Shown here: piece by piece, positions 1 to 8,381 of the stretch
Numbering within the stretch: the first letter of the stretch is position 1
Layout: the number at the start of each line of letters is the position of its first letter
Assembly: GCA_038801785.1 (NCBI GenBank)
Contig: JAULTD010000001.1
Location: forward strand, 441,568-505,567
Direction: 5' to 3'
From: Candidatus Methanomethylicaceae archaeon GD_Cm_T35_P0_bin.15
Lineage (GTDB): Archaea; Thermoproteota; Methanomethylicia; Methanomethylicales; Methanomethylicaceae
DNA length: 64,000 bases
Position numbers and translations under genes: made by a program
The notes under the pieces: generated by a model
Told to the model about the DNA's origin: nothing
What the model saw: the letters and a program-made list of their open reading frames with translations, nothing else
Databases searched by the model: none

Positions 1-534
1 GTGGACGTCGTCCTGACGATGGGGGGAAGGTCGAGGGGGGCGAGGCAGCTTGAGGAGCCGCCGATGGTCTGGCACGCCAGAAGGGGGCACTACATACTCT
101 CCCCTTACCTGGACGTGCTCTCCCACTGGTTCCACGAGCCCTGGAGGGATGTTTCCGTACAGGACAGGGTGGGGATGATGGTGAAGCTCGCGGACATGCC
201 CGGCGGGAGGGTGGAGGCGGACGGGACGGTGCGCAAGTCCCTGACGAGGACGGACAGGGAGAGGCTGGACGAGGGGGCGGCCCTCGCCAGGGGGATAATG
301 GAGGGGGCGGGCGTTGAAGGCCCCTTCACCGAGGGGATGCTGAACGGCGGGCACCTGGGCGGGACCGTCCCCCTGAGGCGGGAGGACGTGGGGGCGATGC
401 GCCCGGGCTCGCTTCCCGAGGGCCTGTGGGTGGCGGACCTCTCGCTGCTGCCGTCCTCGCAGGGGATGCCCACCATGCTCGTCACCGCCGCGCTGGCGAT
501 GAGGGTAGCGAGGCGGATAATCGGTTCGGGGTGA
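1..534 (+). CDS. C-terminal fragment of a GMC-family (choline dehydrogenase-like) oxidoreductase; truncated by the window start
   Basis: ORF runs to the window edge. The C-terminal motif '[30 protein letters not shown]' resembles the GMC_oxred_C signature (vvDaSvmP...N.nat.mmiAEraAd.I). Confidence 0.4.
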   Translation: MDVVLTMGGRSRGARQLEEPPMVWHARRGHYILSPYLDVLSHWFHEPWRDVSVQDRVGMMVKLADMPGGRVEADGTVRKSLTRTDRERLDEGAALARGIMEGAGVEGPFTEGMLNGGHLGGTVPLRREDVGAMRPGSLPEGLWVADLSLLPSSQGMPTMLVTAALAMRVARRIIGSG

Positions 535-639
535 GGCTGGGTGGCAGGTGAGCGGACGGGTGCACTCCGGCGCGGCAGCATCGGCCTGTTATTTTTGTTT
601 TTCTCTGTTATTTAGCATCGGGGCGGGCGGCCAGTTAAA

Positions 640-1314
640 CTAAACTCGTGCGGCGGGCTGGCCGCCCGAGCCTGCCTTCCGCAGGAGGTCGATCACCTCC
701 TCGTCGGAGGTCTGCTCAAAGTTCTGGTAGAACTGGCCTATGGCGAGGAAGAACTCGGGGGTGTCCAGGACCACCACCCTGTCGGCCTCGCGCGCCAGCG
801 CCCTGACTGTGCCCGGGGGCGCGACCGGGACGGCTATGACGAGGGACCGCGGCCCCTGCCCCCTTATCGACCTGACGGCTGCCCTGATCGTCGCGCCCGT
901 GGCTATGCCGTCGTCGACGAGGATGACGGTCTTCCCAGCCAGGGACGGGTAGGGCCTGTCCCCCCGGTACTTTTTCATCCTGCGCTGTATCTCCCGGACC
1001 TGGGCCTCGGCCTCGCGCCTGATATAGTCCTGGGTCACGCCGAGCTGGCTGACCACGTCCTCGTTGAGCACGACCGTGCCGTCCTGCGCCACCGCGCCTA
1101 TGGCAAGCTCGGGGTTGTAGGGCGCGCCGAGCTTCCTCGGTATTATGAGGTCCATCGGGGCGCCGAGCGACTTTGCGACCTCGTAGGCGACGACCACGCC
1201 CCCGCGGGGGACTGCCAGTACGACGACTCCGCCCTCCACGCCCCTGCCGCCGGCCTTGTACTCTGCGAGCCTCTCGGCGAGCATCTCACCGGCCTCGGTT
1301 CTGTCCGCGAACAA
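640..1314 (-). CDS. Type I phosphoribosyltransferase-domain protein
   Basis: PRPP-binding motif 'VILVDDGIATGATIRAAV'. N-terminal 'VVLAVPRGGVVVA' matches a PRTase fold. 224 aa. Confidence 0.7.
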   Translation of the reverse strand: MFADRTEAGEMLAERLAEYKAGGRGVEGGVVVLAVPRGGVVVAYEVAKSLGAPMDLIIPRKLGAPYNPELAIGAVAQDGTVVLNEDVVSQLGVTQDYIRREAEAQVREIQRRMKKYRGDRPYPSLAGKTVILVDDGIATGATIRAAVRSIRGQGPRSLVIAVPVAPPGTVRALAREADRVVVLDTPEFFLAIGQFYQNFEQTSDEEVIDLLRKAGSGGQPAARV

Positions 1315-1329
1315 GTCCGATCACTATTA

Positions 1330-1470
1330 CTATTGCGGGACGGGTATAAAACTTGGCTCAGCCTGGCCCTTCCCCGAAGAGGGCGCAGGTAAGGCGGGGG
1401 CGGAGGGGGGCGCGGTAAAACGGAAAACGGAGGGGAAAATGGAAAAGGGAAGGAGAGAAGCCAGCGGGAT
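1330..1470 (-). terminator. Pyrimidine-rich region with several oligo-T runs downstream of rps10 (archaeal intrinsic-terminator-like)
   Basis: Minus-strand 'ttttccattttcccctccgttttccgttttacc' immediately after the S10 stop. Confidence 0.4.
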
Positions 1471-1779
1471 TCAGACTAGCTCTATCTCGATGAATACGTC
1501 GTCCGGGACCTGGATCCGCATCATCTGGCGCATGGTCCGGTCGTCCGCGTCGACGTCGATCAGCCGCTTGTGAACCCTCATCTCCCACTTGTCCCATGTC
1601 TTGGTGCCTTCGCCGCACGGGGACTTCATGGTCGGGACGAGCAGCTTCTTCGTAGGAAGCGGCACTGGTCCGGCTACCTTTACGCCGGTCTTCTCCGCGA
1701 TCTTCCTGATCTGGGAGCAGACGTCCTCGAGCTTCGGGTAGTCCGTGCTGCTGAGCATTATCCGGGCTTTTTGTGGCAT
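1471..1779 (-). CDS. rps10: 30S ribosomal protein S10
   Basis: 102 aa from the first ATG (MPQKARIML...). Conserved '[12 protein letters not shown]' and 'HKRLIDV' motifs. Lies immediately downstream of EF-1alpha, as in archaeal tuf-rps10 operons. Confidence 0.9.
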   Translation of the reverse strand: MPQKARIMLSSTDYPKLEDVCSQIRKIAEKTGVKVAGPVPLPTKKLLVPTMKSPCGEGTKTWDKWEMRVHKRLIDVDADDRTMRQMMRIQVPDDVFIEIELV

Positions 1780-1806
1780 AAAAAACACCTTTGTAAAAAA
1801 GGGGGG

Positions 1807-3114
1807 TTACTTGGCCAGTGTGGCCTGTTTTACCTCGATCACTACGCCCGCCGCGACGGTGCGGCCCATATCCCTGAGCGCGAACCTTCCGAGAGGGGGC
1901 AGCTCAGTGTAGGGCTCGACTACCAGCGGCTTTGTGGGCTTGAAGGTGACGATCGCGCTGTCGCCCTGCTTCAGGAAGCTGGGCTTCTCCTCGATGACCG
2001 CACCGGTCTTGGGGTCGAGCTTCTTCTCGAGGTCCAGGAAGGTCGTCGCGACCGTGGCTGTATGGACATGCATGACCGGGGTGTACCCGGCAGCGATCGC
2101 CGTCGGGTGGTAGAGGACGAAGATCCTTCCCTTGAAGGTCTCGGCCACTGAGGGCGGCTTCGCCGTGTCGCCGCAGACCTCACCCCTGTGGATGTCGGTC
2201 TTGCCGACGCCCTTGACGCTGAAGCCGATGTTGTCGCCAGGCACTGCCTGTTCGATCTTCATGTGGTGGGTCTCGATCGTCTTGACATCGCCGGTCTTGT
2301 TGGCGGGCATGAAGACGACGTTCTGGTTTATCTTCATTACACCTGTCTCGACCCTGCCCACCGGGACGGTGCCGACGCCTGTAATGGTGTATACGTCCTG
2401 GATCGGTACGCGGAGCGGCTTGTCTACCGGCTTGGTCGGGGCCGTGAACGTGTCGAGCGCCTCGAAGAGGGTCGGACCCTTGTACCACGGGGTGTTGGTG
2501 CTCTGCCTTATGATGTTGTCTCCCTTCCACCCGGAGATCGGGATGGCGGTGATCTTGGAGGTGTCGTAGCCGATCATCTTCAGGAACTTGAAGAGGTTGT
2601 CCCTGACCTCGTTGTACCTGTCCTGGCTGTAGGCCACGGTCTGGTCGTCCATCTTGTTGATGGCCACCACCAGCTGGTTTACACCCAGCGTCTTGGCGAG
2701 GAAGGCGTGTTCTCTAGTCTGGCCGCCCGGGCCCATGCCGGCCTCCATCTCACCCTTCTTGGCGGAGAGGACGAGGATGGCAGCATCGGCCTGCGAGGCG
2801 CCTGTGATCATGTTCTTCACGAAGTCCCTGTGACCGGGCGCGTCAATGATCGTGAAGAAGTACTTGGGAGTCTCGAACTTCCAGAAGGAGAGGTCGATAG
2901 TCATGTCCCTCTCGCGTTCTTCCTTCAGCTTGTCACCCAGCCACGCGTACTTTGCGAACTCTTTTCCGGTCGTCTTCGCCTCTTCCTCCAGAGCGGCCAG
3001 AGTCCTGTCATCGAGGCCGCCGGCCAAGAAGAGCAGGTGCCCTACGAGCGTGCTCTTGCCGTTGTCTACGTGTCCCATCACGAGCAAGTTTAGGTGTTCC
3101 TTCTTGGATGACAT
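1807..3114 (-). CDS. tuf: Translation elongation factor EF-1 alpha (aEF1A)
   Basis: 435 aa. GTP-binding motifs GHVDNGKST, DAPGH and NKMD. Full-length similarity to archaeal EF-1alpha. Confidence 0.97.
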   Translation of the reverse strand: MSSKKEHLNLLVMGHVDNGKSTLVGHLLFLAGGLDDRTLAALEEEAKTTGKEFAKYAWLGDKLKEERERDMTIDLSFWKFETPKYFFTIIDAPGHRDFVKNMITGASQADAAILVLSAKKGEMEAGMGPGGQTREHAFLAKTLGVNQLVVAINKMDDQTVAYSQDRYNEVRDNLFKFLKMIGYDTSKITAIPISGWKGDNIIRQSTNTPWYKGPTLFEALDTFTAPTKPVDKPLRVPIQDVYTITGVGTVPVGRVETGVMKINQNVVFMPANKTGDVKTIETHHMKIEQAVPGDNIGFSVKGVGKTDIHRGEVCGDTAKPPSVAETFKGRIFVLYHPTAIAAGYTPVMHVHTATVATTFLDLEKKLDPKTGAVIEEKPSFLKQGDSAIVTFKPTKPLVVEPYTELPPLGRFALRDMGRTVAAGVVIEVKQATLAK

Positions 3115-3245
3115 ATAATCGCCTCTAAATACCTGTCACTTTGAAGCTAAGAACATTCGGTGATATATAAATTTAATCAGGAAAGGTGGCGGCGGACGGG
3201 TCGGGCGGGGAGGGCGGCGGCGAAAAAGGGGGGCAAAAGCGCGCC

Positions 3246-3395
3246 TGGGCCGGGAAAGGGAGGGGGGAGGGGGGAATCGATGGGAAAAGGGCGGATAGGG
3301 CAGGAGGGGGGAGGGAAAGAGGCGGGGGAAATAAAATGGAAGGGAAGGAAAAAGAAGAGAAGAGAAGAGAAGAGAAGAGAGGATGAAGGGCCGCT
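3246..3395. repeat. ~150-bp homopurine(+)/homopyrimidine(-) tract with G-runs and an (AGAGAA)5 microsatellite, in the rps7/tuf intergenic region
   Basis: >95% purine on the plus strand. GGG/GGGG/GGGGGG runs. 'gaagagaagagaagagaagagaagag'. Confidence 0.9.
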
Positions 3396-3397
3396 GC

Positions 3398-4150
3398 TCA
3401 TCTGGCGGATATGGCGATGCGCTCCATCTCTTCCCGCTTCTGGACAGCGTAGCTCTTCGCGTCGTGGCTGCCTGCCAGCGCGATCTCGTCCGCAAGGCAC
3501 TCCTCTATCGGCTTGTTGCTGCCGAATGCAGAGTTCCTCGCGGCGTCGGTGATGAACCTGAGCGCCAGGTCGACCCTCCTCTGCGGCGAGGAGTCGACCG
3601 ACTGCGGGTATGAGATGCCGCCGTAGCGGATCCTTGTGACCTCCTCGCGGGGCGCAGAGTTCTCTATCGCCCTGACGAGGACCTGGATCGGGTTCTCCCC
3701 GGTCTTGAGCGCGACCAGCTCGAGGGCAGCGTCAACTATGCTCAGCGCGAGGATCTTCTTACCCCCGTTCTTGCCGGGGCGCATCATGCGGTTGGCCAAC
3801 CGCTCGACTATGTTGACGTCGGCCTTGCCGAACCGCCTGTGCTCGTGCCTGCCGCTCGAGTGGGGGATAAGCTTGGGTTCCACGTCGATGTAACTCTGGA
3901 GGCCCCTGTCCCTCTTCTCTATGTTGGAGACATCCCACTTGCCGAAGAGCTTGATCGAGTCGGAGTAGGATGCGGGCGCCTCAGGCGCGGTTTCGGTTTC
4001 GGTTTCGGTTTCGGTTGCAGTTTCAGGTTGAGACTCGGGCCCGGCCCCTGCCGATTCCGGGCCCGGACCTGACCCGGCTGCTGCCGGGTCCACGGCGGGC
4101 TCGGATCTTGGTTCGGGTTGATTCTCGGGAGTCTTCTCGGACATAATCAT
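3398..4150 (-). CDS. rps7: 30S ribosomal protein S7 with a ~60-aa acidic low-complexity N-terminal extension (..[18 protein letters not shown]..)
   Basis: The C-terminal ~190 aa match archaeal S7 ([15 protein letters not shown]..., ...[13 protein letters not shown]). The extension is encoded by a (GAAACC)n microsatellite at ~3960-4030. Confidence 0.9.
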   Translation of the reverse strand: MIMSEKTPENQPEPRSEPAVDPAAAGSGPGPESAGAGPESQPETATETETETETAPEAPASYSDSIKLFGKWDVSNIEKRDRGLQSYIDVEPKLIPHSSGRHEHRRFGKADVNIVERLANRMMRPGKNGGKKILALSIVDAALELVALKTGENPIQVLVRAIENSAPREEVTRIRYGGISYPQSVDSSPQRRVDLALRFITDAARNSAFGSNKPIEECLADEIALAGSHDAKSYAVQKREEMERIAISAR

Positions 4151-4168
4151 GATACCCCTTTGTGTGCC

Positions 4169-4612
4169 TTACCTCACCGGCTTCTGCTTCTTGCCGGTCA
4201 TCAGCGCCTGGAGGGAGACGCCGTTGATCTTCACCACCTTCCACCTGACGCCGGGCAGGTCTCCGAGCGCCTTACCCATCGGGCCCCCTATGCCCTCGAC
4301 GATTACCTCGTCGTGCTCGTCCGCAAAGTTGAGGGCCCCGTCGCCCGGCAGGAAGGCAGTAATCTGCTTGCCGTTCTTGATGAGCTGCAGCCTGGCGCAC
4401 TTCCGGACGGCGCTGTTGGGCTGCCTGCTCTCGACGCCCACCTTCTCGAGGACGATCCCCCTGGCCTGGGGCGCCCCCTCCAAGGGGTCAGCCTTGACGT
4501 CGAGCTTCAGCGCCCTCCGTTTGAACTGCCTCAGGCTCCAGCGGAACGCCTTCTTCTTCTCGGAAAGCTTCCTCCCGGCAAGCAGACCTCTAGGCGATTT
4601 TGAACCTGCCAT
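4169..4612 (-). CDS. rps12: 30S ribosomal protein S12
   Basis: 147 aa from the internal ATG ([10 protein letters not shown]...). Conserved '[28 protein letters not shown]'. The longer ORF upstream of that Met is R/P-rich and judged non-coding. Confidence 0.92.
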   Translation of the reverse strand: MAGSKSPRGLLAGRKLSEKKKAFRWSLRQFKRRALKLDVKADPLEGAPQARGIVLEKVGVESRQPNSAVRKCARLQLIKNGKQITAFLPGDGALNFADEHDEVIVEGIGGPMGKALGDLPGVRWKVVKINGVSLQALMTGKKQKPVR

Positions 4613-4774
4613 TAACCTACACCTTGATGCTTTTTTGGATAATGCTTCACCGATATTTAAGGTTCTCGCCGGGGAGGGGGCATCAATCATGGGGGCGGTC
4701 TTGGGTGGGCAGGGGCCCCTGGCCTGACTGCCCCGCAACTCCGGCAGATACTGAGTCTGGCTCACGTCGAGGCG

Positions 4775-5446
4775 TTATTTCGTGGCGCCGTAGACTGCGA
4801 AGTTATAGTACTTCCATAGTATGTCGGGGTTCTTGAACCCGCTCTCCCCGAGGCGCCGGAGGTCTTCGAGGAGGACAACAGGCCGGTCCTCGCGCCGGTA
4901 CCTTTCGTTGATTTCGCTTATCTCGCCTGCCGAGAGCGACCGGCTGAGGAAGTCGCGCCACTTCCTCAGGTACAGCTCCTGCCAAGGGGCGCTGCTCGCC
5001 AAGAAGATATCAGCGTTGAGGAATGCGCCTCCATCCCTCAGAGCGCCGTATACCTTGGCAAATAACTGCTGCCGGCCCCCTACCTCAAGGTGGTGCAGCG
5101 CCAGGGAGGATACTACCGCATCGTACTTTGCGTCGAAGCTGTATTCCGACAGGTCCTTGAGCACGTAGGAGGCCTTGCCTTCGCCGAGTTTGCTCCGGCA
5201 TATCTCCAGCATCCTTTCGGAGATGTCCAGGCAGGTAATGTTGGCGTTCGGGAATCTCTTCCTGATCATCAGCGAGAGGTTGCCGGTCCCGCTCCCGAGG
5301 TCGATGACGTCGATCCCCTGCGTGCGGGGGAATGGCACCGCCGACACCAGAGCCTCCAGCATCTCCCGATAATGCGGAATGGTTTTTGTGACCGCGGCGT
5401 CAAAGCCGCTTGCTTCCCCGTTGAAGTGGGCCCGGACGGCATTCAT
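4775..5446 (-). CDS. Class I SAM-dependent methyltransferase inserted between nusA and rps12
   Basis: Motif I 'VIDLGSGTGNLS' and motif II 'ITCLDISERML'. Start chosen at MNAVRAHFNG; an alternative start lies at 5491. The upstream part of the 294-aa ORF is low-complexity. Confidence 0.75.
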   Translation of the reverse strand: MNAVRAHFNGEASGFDAAVTKTIPHYREMLEALVSAVPFPRTQGIDVIDLGSGTGNLSLMIRKRFPNANITCLDISERMLEICRSKLGEGKASYVLKDLSEYSFDAKYDAVVSSLALHHLEVGGRQQLFAKVYGALRDGGAFLNADIFLASSAPWQELYLRKWRDFLSRSLSAGEISEINERYRREDRPVVLLEDLRRLGESGFKNPDILWKYYNFAVYGATK

Positions 5447-6094
5447 CCGTTTCTTGCTGTCAGGGTCCCGGCATGCAGCTGTCATAACCATTCTTCCATG
5501 CGGGCGGCTTATAAGGGTCGGGGGCCGCCTGCTTGCCAACAGCGTTTTTGGCGTTGGGGACGGCCGCGCGTCTCCTGTCCGGGTCGGGGTGTTTGGCATG
5601 CTCAGGACGCCCCCGCGCGCTTGCGTGCTCCCCTTTACCCGGGGCTCGATCTTCAGCATCAGCCGGCAGGGAACGGCTTCGTCCGGAGGAGGCGGACGCT
5701 GCCCTTTCCGTACCTGCAGGGCGCGAGCTCCTCCCGGAACTCGCCGGTTGCGGGGGCGCGGGGCAGAAGCAGATGTGGCTCCTGAACGCGGCGGGGCGGC
5801 AGGTCGCCGTCCAGCTTAAGGGCATCCGGTAGCTTACCGCCTCCTCCGCGCCGGGCGCCGACTCCCGGAAGGTCTGCCGTCTCTCCCCCAGTATCTCCCG
5901 GACGTCTTTGGCACCATGCTGGTTGTGTAGTGGATGGGAAAGTCCCGGAGGCAGGAGGGCATAGACGGGTACACCGCCCAGTCCCCCAGAGCCGCAGAAA
6001 ACCTGTAGTATTCGGGGCGGGCGCAGCGGCGCTGCGGCCGTTATCCGCAAATCGCAAAGCAAGCCAAGCACACTGGCTTCGGGGGAGGGCGTAT

Positions 6095-6499
6095 TCACAT
6101 GATGACTACGTTGTCGAAGTTAAAATGACGCTTCATCAGGAGGCGGGTCTTGGTGATGTTCCTGCCGCTCTTCCCGATCGCCATGCCCTTGTCGTGGGGG
6201 TCGACCGTGACCTGCGCGACCATGTGGCCGTCGGAGGTCTTGCTCACCTTTATGCCTCTGACCTTGGCGGGGGCGAGGATGTTCTTGAGAAACCCTTCGG
6301 GGCTGTCGGCGTACTCGACTATCTCGACTGTGCGGCCTATGACCTTCCTCGCACGCTCGATGTTGACGCCGTTCTTCCCTATCGCGAGGCCCATGTCGCC
6401 GGGGCGGATGACGTATATTATCCTGTTCGACTCTGCCTCCACCACGCAGTCCTTGGCTATCGCGCCGGTGAGGTTCTCCAGGAGGGCGATGTAGCGCAT
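6095..6499 (-). CDS. nusA: Archaeal NusA-like transcription termination/antitermination factor (two KH domains)
   Basis: 134 aa. Two KH-domain GXXG loops: 'GLAIGKNGVNIERA' and 'GMAIGKSGRNITK'. Sits in the conserved position downstream of L30e. Confidence 0.9.
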   Translation of the reverse strand: MRYIALLENLTGAIAKDCVVEAESNRIIYVIRPGDMGLAIGKNGVNIERARKVIGRTVEIVEYADSPEGFLKNILAPAKVRGIKVSKTSDGHMVAQVTVDPHDKGMAIGKSGRNITKTRLLMKRHFNFDNVVIM

Positions 6500-6532
6500 G
6501 TCATCCGCGGTGAACTTTATGCCGGGCGTACG

Positions 6533-6826
6533 CTATGCCTCCTGGACGCTCAGGATCGCAGACTCGCCCGGGTCTATGACGGTTATCGTCGAGACGGGGA
6601 AGGGCTTGCCGCAGAGGCCGCCGAGGTCCCAGCTCGAGCCGGGGTACCTGTAGACCGGCACGGCGTCGCCTATCGAGGCCTTCATCCTGGAGAAGAGCTC
6701 CTCGGGGGCGTTCGCCGCCATCACGACGAGCTTGCCCTTATTCTTGGCTGTCTTGAGGCCGGTCTTGAAGCCGATCTCGACCTTGCCGGTCTTGATCGCC
6801 ACCTTCAGTTCCTTCGCGAGATCCAT
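6533..6826 (-). CDS. rpl30e: 50S ribosomal protein L30e
   Basis: 97 aa. 'GKLVVMAANAPEE' and the C-terminal 'DPGESAI' are typical of L30e. Conserved position between rpoA'' and nusA. Confidence 0.9.
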   Translation of the reverse strand: MDLAKELKVAIKTGKVEIGFKTGLKTAKNKGKLVVMAANAPEELFSRMKASIGDAVPVYRYPGSSWDLGGLCGKPFPVSTITVIDPGESAILSVQEA

Positions 6827-6827
6827 A

Positions 6828-8381
6828 TCATGCGCCCTCCTTGAATCTCATGAAAAGCTCCACGATTCCGGTGCCCAGCGGGATAGGCTGTCCAACGATC
6901 ACGTTCTCAGTTACTCCTTCGAGTGCGTCCTCTTCTCCATGTGACGCCGCATCCAATAAATGCTTTACGGTCACCTCGAAGGCCGCCCTCGCCAGGACGC
7001 TCGACTTTTCGCCGCTGACCCCGTGCCTGCCAATCTGCCTTATCCTCCCCGTCGAGGTCATGAGGTCGGCCACGAGGATTACGTGGCGCACATCCACATC
7101 GAGACCCTGCTGGTCCAGCACCTGGAAGGCCTCCCTGATTATGGCAGACCTGGCCGCCTCGATGCCGAGGACCTCGGCTATCTCCGAGATGTTGTTGGTG
7201 TATATCCTCGTGAGGTCGATCCCCTTTATGGTCAGGGTGGTCGCCAAGTTCGAGCCGTCGGTGTGGAGGACGTACTCGTCGCCCTCCTTCTGGATGAGCA
7301 CCCTCTTCACCCCCTTTATCCCCTTGAGGCGGAGGTCCAGGATCCGCTCCCTGAGGCGCTTGATCTTGTCGACCGTGACGACCTCGGGGATAATCGTGAG
7401 CCGGTTCCCCTCTATCTCGACCTTCCCGACCTTGAGCTTCTCTATCGACTTGGCGATAAAGTCGGTGCTCAGCCCCTTGTCGGCGGCTATCTCCTCGTCG
7501 ACGTCCACTATGACGGAGCCGTTGACCATATCGTACTCGATGCTCCGGGCCACGTTCTCCACGGCGATCCTCTCTATCCGGGCGACGACCTCCTTCGCCT
7601 TCTCGAGGCTGTGCTTGTGCTCCTCGTCGAGGTAGATGGTCATCGTCGGGGTCGAGGGGCTCCTGCGGGCGTCGACGATCTCTATGAGGCGGGGGAGGCC
7701 GAGGGTGACGTTCAGCTCCCTGACTCCCGCATAGTGGAAGGTCCTCAGCGTCATCTGGGTGCCGGGCTCGCCGACCGACTGTGCGGCGACGGTGCCCGCG
7801 GCCTCGCCTGGCTCCACCAGCGCCTTGGTGTACGCCCTGCAGACCTCGTCGACGACGGCCCTGGTCTGCGCCTCGTCGAGTTCCATCGCGGAGAGCTTCT
7901 CCCTCAGCTGGTTGATTAGGCTCTCCGGGAGGGGCCTGTCGAGTCCGTCGAGGACGGTCTCGAGCGGGGTCTTGGCCTTGGGGGGCTCCCCGGCGGCTTC
8001 GGCTTTAGCTTTGGTCCCGGCCCCGGTCCCGGAGGCGGGGGCGGGGGCGGGGGCGGCGGAAGCAGCCTCCTTCGCCGCCCTGGTCTTGCCGCCGGCCTTA
8101 GGTTTGGGCCTCTTTGCGGCCGCAGCCGGATTGGGCTTGCCAGCCTTCGGCTTGGGCTTGACGCCCTTGGCCCCGGCGCCAGCGGATTTGGCGGCGTCGC
8201 CGGGGGGGAGCGCCTCTCCTCCCCCCTCGACCTCTTCCAGCTCCGTCTCGATCTCTTCGTCGTCTACTTCCTCGAGGTCGGCATCGCCATCAATATCGGC
8301 ATCAGCAGCGATATCGGTGTCGGTGTCGGTATCAGTATCGGTATCAGTCTCTATCTCTTTGTCTATCTCGTTGTCGCTCAT
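6828..8381 (-). CDS. rpoA2: DNA-directed RNA polymerase subunit A'' with a ~140-aa N-terminal low-complexity extension (acidic DT-repeat, then a K/P/A-rich basic stretch)
   Basis: The core from '[13 protein letters not shown]' to the C-terminus matches archaeal RpoA''. Its ATG overlaps the rpoA' stop as ATGA (8378-8381), which supports the long N-terminus being real. A (GATACC)n repeat at ~8290-8350 encodes [11 protein letters not shown]. Confidence 0.9.
   Translation of the reverse strand: MSDNEIDKEIETDTDTDTDTDTDIAADADIDGDADLEEVDDEEIETELEEVEGGGEALPPGDAAKSAGAGAKGVKPKPKAGKPNPAAAAKRPKPKAGGKTRAAKEAASAAPAPAPASGTGAGTKAKAEAAGEPPKAKTPLETVLDGLDRPLPESLINQLREKLSAMELDEAQTRAVVDEVCRAYTKALVEPGEAAGTVAAQSVGEPGTQMTLRTFHYAGVRELNVTLGLPRLIEIVDARRSPSTPTMTIYLDEEHKHSLEKAKEVVARIERIAVENVARSIEYDMVNGSVIVDVDEEIAADKGLSTDFIAKSIEKLKVGKVEIEGNRLTIIPEVVTVDKIKRLRERILDLRLKGIKGVKRVLIQKEGDEYVLHTDGSNLATTLTIKGIDLTRIYTNNISEIAEVLGIEAARSAIIREAFQVLDQQGLDVDVRHVILVADLMTSTGRIRQIGRHGVSGEKSSVLARAAFEVTVKHLLDAASHGEEDALEGVTENVIVGQPIPLGTGIVELFMRFKEGA

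Noticed and set aside
3136-3613. Several ORFs (3136-3495, 3160-3552, 3177-3500, 3186-3386, 3383-3613) over the polypurine tract
   Set aside because: They are generated by the homopurine/homopyrimidine repeat, giving poly-G/E/K/R or poly-P/S/L translations. They sit in an intergenic spacer between rps7 and tuf.
4169-4765. Long 198-aa version of the S12 ORF starting 51 codons upstream
   Set aside because: The upstream portion is R/P-rich with no homology. Conserved S12 begins at the internal Met ([10 protein letters not shown]), so coordinates were trimmed to 4612.
5460-6098. 212-aa minus-strand ORF (and overlapping ORFs) in the nusA-methyltransferase gap
   Set aside because: The composition is low-complexity P/R/A/S with no motif or domain signature. 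The region is treated as non-coding but flagged as an unexplained spacer.
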